Below are positions 61,416 through 64,000 of a DNA stretch of 64,000 nt, piece after piece (the first letter of the stretch is position 1; each line of letters begins with the position of its first letter). The position numbers and the translations under genes were made by a program. Under the pieces are notes generated by a model. The model ran no database searches. It was given only the letters and a program-made list of their open reading frames with translations, and had not been told where the DNA came from. Source of the stretch: Desulfatiglandales bacterium (GTDB taxonomy: Bacteria > Desulfobacterota > DSM-4660 > Desulfatiglandales > Desulfatiglandaceae); NCBI GenBank assembly GCA_963662465.1, contig OY759599.1, positions 6,272,001 through 6,336,000 of the forward strand, written 5' to 3'.

Positions 61416-61688
61416 ATGGGGAAACCATCAGAAAATGTAGCTGATTTGCCCGAAATGGACGATGCACAATTGGCGCAATTTTGGGATCGACACGAGCCTG
61501 AGGATTTTAATGGCTGGGAAGAGGGAGGCTTGAACTTCCAGCGTCCACCCAAGAAACTCATTCAGTTGAGGCTCGAACCGAGAGATGTCAGACTTATTGA
61601 TAAGGAGTCAAAACGTACCGGAATTGAACGTTCACAGCTTGTGCGAGCATGGGTGAAAGAGAAAATTGAACAGCTACTTGACGCTTAA
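61416..61688 (+). CDS. BrnA/CopG-like antitoxin (duplicate)
   Basis: Protein identical to 28669..28941. Confidence 0.75.
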   Translation: MGKPSENVADLPEMDDAQLAQFWDRHEPEDFNGWEEGGLNFQRPPKKLIQLRLEPRDVRLIDKESKRTGIERSQLVRAWVKEKIEQLLDA

Positions 61689-62299
61689 GTAAGCTATCTC
61701 AAATTGTTCAGTCTGCATGCTTAGGGTTTTCACCGCTCGGAGCTCGCAGAGCTTGAAAATATTTTTGTTTTTGCTGCCCACACATTTCTTCGATCTGTGA
61801 CAAAGAACGTATAATTTGCCAGTGGCAGAGTATTGATTTCTCGCACCACTCTTTCTATTCAGTCTAGGCGATCGGCGCTACCCTTTTAAAATTCAAGTGC
61901 GCCGAACTTTTTTCGTGCATTTTCCAGAGGCCGGCGGGTTCTCAGATTCTGTAAAAAACGGCTCCCAAAAGCCCACAATTGGAATGATTGACTGATTCGC
62001 ATTTGGATATTACAATATCGCAACATAAGAAAGCAGGGATGGGGTTCCACTCCTCAATCTATTTGATCGGCGATCGTAGTGGAAAAAATAAGGGAATCTG
62101 ATGTCTCCGCTATCATTCCGGCGCATAATGAAGCCAACAATATTGAAAAGATGGAAGAAAAGGGGCTGGTCCATAAAGTGGGGAGCTGCCCCCATGCGCG
62201 ATTTACGCCCGATTTCGCTTGCATCGCTAATAATAGACCCTTATAATCCTCTCACCTTGCAGAAAACAAGCCCCTGTTACAGGCGTATTCAAAATTAAA

Positions 62300-62803
62300 A
62301 TGGAACGGATTGCAGAAAAAAGACTGACGGATTGGCTCGATTCAAGTTACCGCAAACCCTTGATCATTCGTGGTGCGCGTCAGGTGGGAAAGTCAACGCT
62401 GGTCAGACAGTTTGCAGGCCATAAAGAATTGGTCCTCCATGAAGTCAATCTTGAACGGCATCCGACATTGGTGGATGTTTTTAAAACTCACGATACCGGA
62501 AAGATCCTTCGAGAACTTGAATTTATCTGTGGGAAAGGACCGATTTCAGGACAAGAGGGGTTGCTTTTCCTGGATGAAATACAGGCAGCGCCGATCGCCA
62601 TTCAGGCCCTTCGATATTTCTATGAGGATCATCCCGAACTACCCGTAATCGCAGCCGGTTCCCTCCTCGAATTTACAATGAGCAAACATTCCTTTTCCAT
62701 GCCCGTGGGTCGGGTTGAATACCTCTACCTGGGTCCCGTAACCTTTGAAGAAACGCTGGCGGCCATGGGCAAGAGTACTTTGCTGAACTTGTTGAACCAT
62801 TAT
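62300..62803 (+). pseudogene. DUF4143 ATPase family B, 3'-truncated duplicate
   Basis: Matches 29553 up to LLNHY, then unrelated sequence. Confidence 0.88.
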
Positions 62804-62929
62804 ACCCTTGAACTCAGAACCCAGGTTTTTGGCTATTTCCCAATATTAAAACATGTCATTTTTGGAGATGTTCCAATGTATTCCTGTCATTATTTTGGAT
62901 AATTTCCAATATAAATCACCATAGGGGGA

Positions 62930-63067
62930 AAATGATGGAAAGAAGTTCTCTCCGAAATGCTTCAGGGTATAGGTCTTGCCGACCTGTCGAGCGCCGCTTA
63001 GCACCAAGGGCTTCTTGGCAGCGGCGTTTTGCCATGTTTTCAGATTATTAAGCAGATCTCTTTTCAT
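62930..63067 (-). pseudogene. N-terminal relic of a third AAA_14 ATPase
   Basis: MKRDLLNNLKTW...KPLVLSGARQVGKTY, truncated. Confidence 0.75.
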
Positions 63068-63481
63068 TCAAACGTCCAAGCTTGTATGTAAGTGATGCTT
63101 GTTTAATGATTAAATTGCCACTTTCTGGTAGCACTTTTTATTAAATATTGTTGGACACACCCTTTGTCTTAATCGTTCTTTTAACTATAATATAATGATC
63201 CAACCTCACAATATCCCAAACATCGACTGGCGGTATTGTGCGCTGATATCTCTAACCATGAGTCGCCAGGTGAGTTCGTGGGACGCGAGGAGATCGTGCA
63301 CATGCTTTTCAGCGACTTTCCCGGCTTGCGCAATTGGGAATCAGGTGTATAAACTGCCTCGGGGAGTTTTTCTGTTGTTTGCAAAGTCTCGCCCATTTTG
63401 GTTTTATTAGACAGGATTGACAGGATTTATTGGATTTGGCGCTAAGTACACTTGAAAAATAGGGAGACGCTGGTACCTTTC

Positions 63482-63883
63482 CTATTCTACATCAAGATGG
63501 GATTTGACAATGGAAACGAACCGTCCTGCCTTCACCGCCAGATCCGCAGTCTGATCCCGTGTCACCTCGAAATATTCCCTATAGTCACCCCGTTGCCTTA
63601 ACTCAAATGCCTTGTTAACCCAACGGCCCATTTCCCTGTCGAATATCCCTTCCTTAATGAAACGCCGATTGAAATATCCAAGAACGCCGCTGTGCTTTGA
63701 CGACGAATAGGGCTCATAAATCAGCAACGCCAAAATCGCATAAAACATCGCGTAATATAATCGGTTGATTATGGATCGAGGGCTCTTTCCGCCCGAAAGA
63801 AGAAATGTTGCTTCATCAAGGCTTTCTCGGGCCTGTTCCAATCTGTATTGGGCAAGCGCTTTCTTATCAGCCGCAACACTCAA
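63482..63883 (-). CDS. HEPN-domain protein
   Basis: NRLYYAMFY...SKHSGV...RQRGDY. Confidence 0.88.
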   Translation of the reverse strand: MSVAADKKALAQYRLEQARESLDEATFLLSGGKSPRSIINRLYYAMFYAILALLIYEPYSSSKHSGVLGYFNRRFIKEGIFDREMGRWVNKAFELRQRGDYREYFEVTRDQTADLAVKAGRFVSIVKSHLDVE

Positions 63884-63999
63884 ATTCTTATACCTTCTCT
63901 GCTTATTGATCTATAAATGGGTGATTCCCTAAGTGGGCCTTCATGCAGTTCCTTGCTCCCAAAAATCACCGCGGATATGAGACAATCATAATCGAGGTT
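63880..63999 (-). CDS. MNT nucleotidyltransferase, C-terminus (runs off window end)
   Basis: ...ISAVIF...SPIYRSISREGIRI*, overlapping the HEPN start. Confidence 0.7.
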   Translation of the reverse strand, partial: NLDYDCLISAVIFGSKELHEGPLRESPIYRSISREGIRI

Positions 64000-64000
64000 G

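Larger units (their letters stand above)
55650..62803. repeat. Segmental duplication, copy 2 (interrupted by IS copy 2)
   Basis: Colinear with 24915..30056 apart from the IS insertion. Confidence 0.92.

Noticed and set aside
63181..63410. Two 71-aa ORFs
   Set aside because: No family motif or RBS support.

Overview
An accessory surface-glycosylation island, probably from a deltaproteobacterial (Desulfobacterota-like) genome; the taxon is inferred only from the pilin and gene style. At the left edge is the 5' half of a group II intron inserted next to a REP-like hairpin. About 6 kb of toxin-antitoxin modules, an Rpn gene and scrambled gene relics follow. Next are two tandem aromatic-rich type IVa pilins behind a sigma54 promoter. 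From 8-26 kb lies a dense set of GT-C membrane glycosyltransferases (TMTC-like, DUF2723/TMEM260-like, PMT_2, two YfhO), polyprenol-phosphate GT2s and SAM methyltransferases. From 32-46 kb is a Wzx/GT4/WbpB-WbpD/WbpI oligosaccharide cluster. Mobile DNA includes an IS66-family element with an 8-bp TSD, two inverted copies of an unusual 2-kb IS with 26-bp TIRs, and a 448-bp MITE-like element. An ~5 kb segment (about 24.9-30.1 kb) is duplicated at about 55.6-62.8 kb. No rRNA, tRNA or CRISPR array was seen. All family calls come from motif recognition by eye, not database searches.
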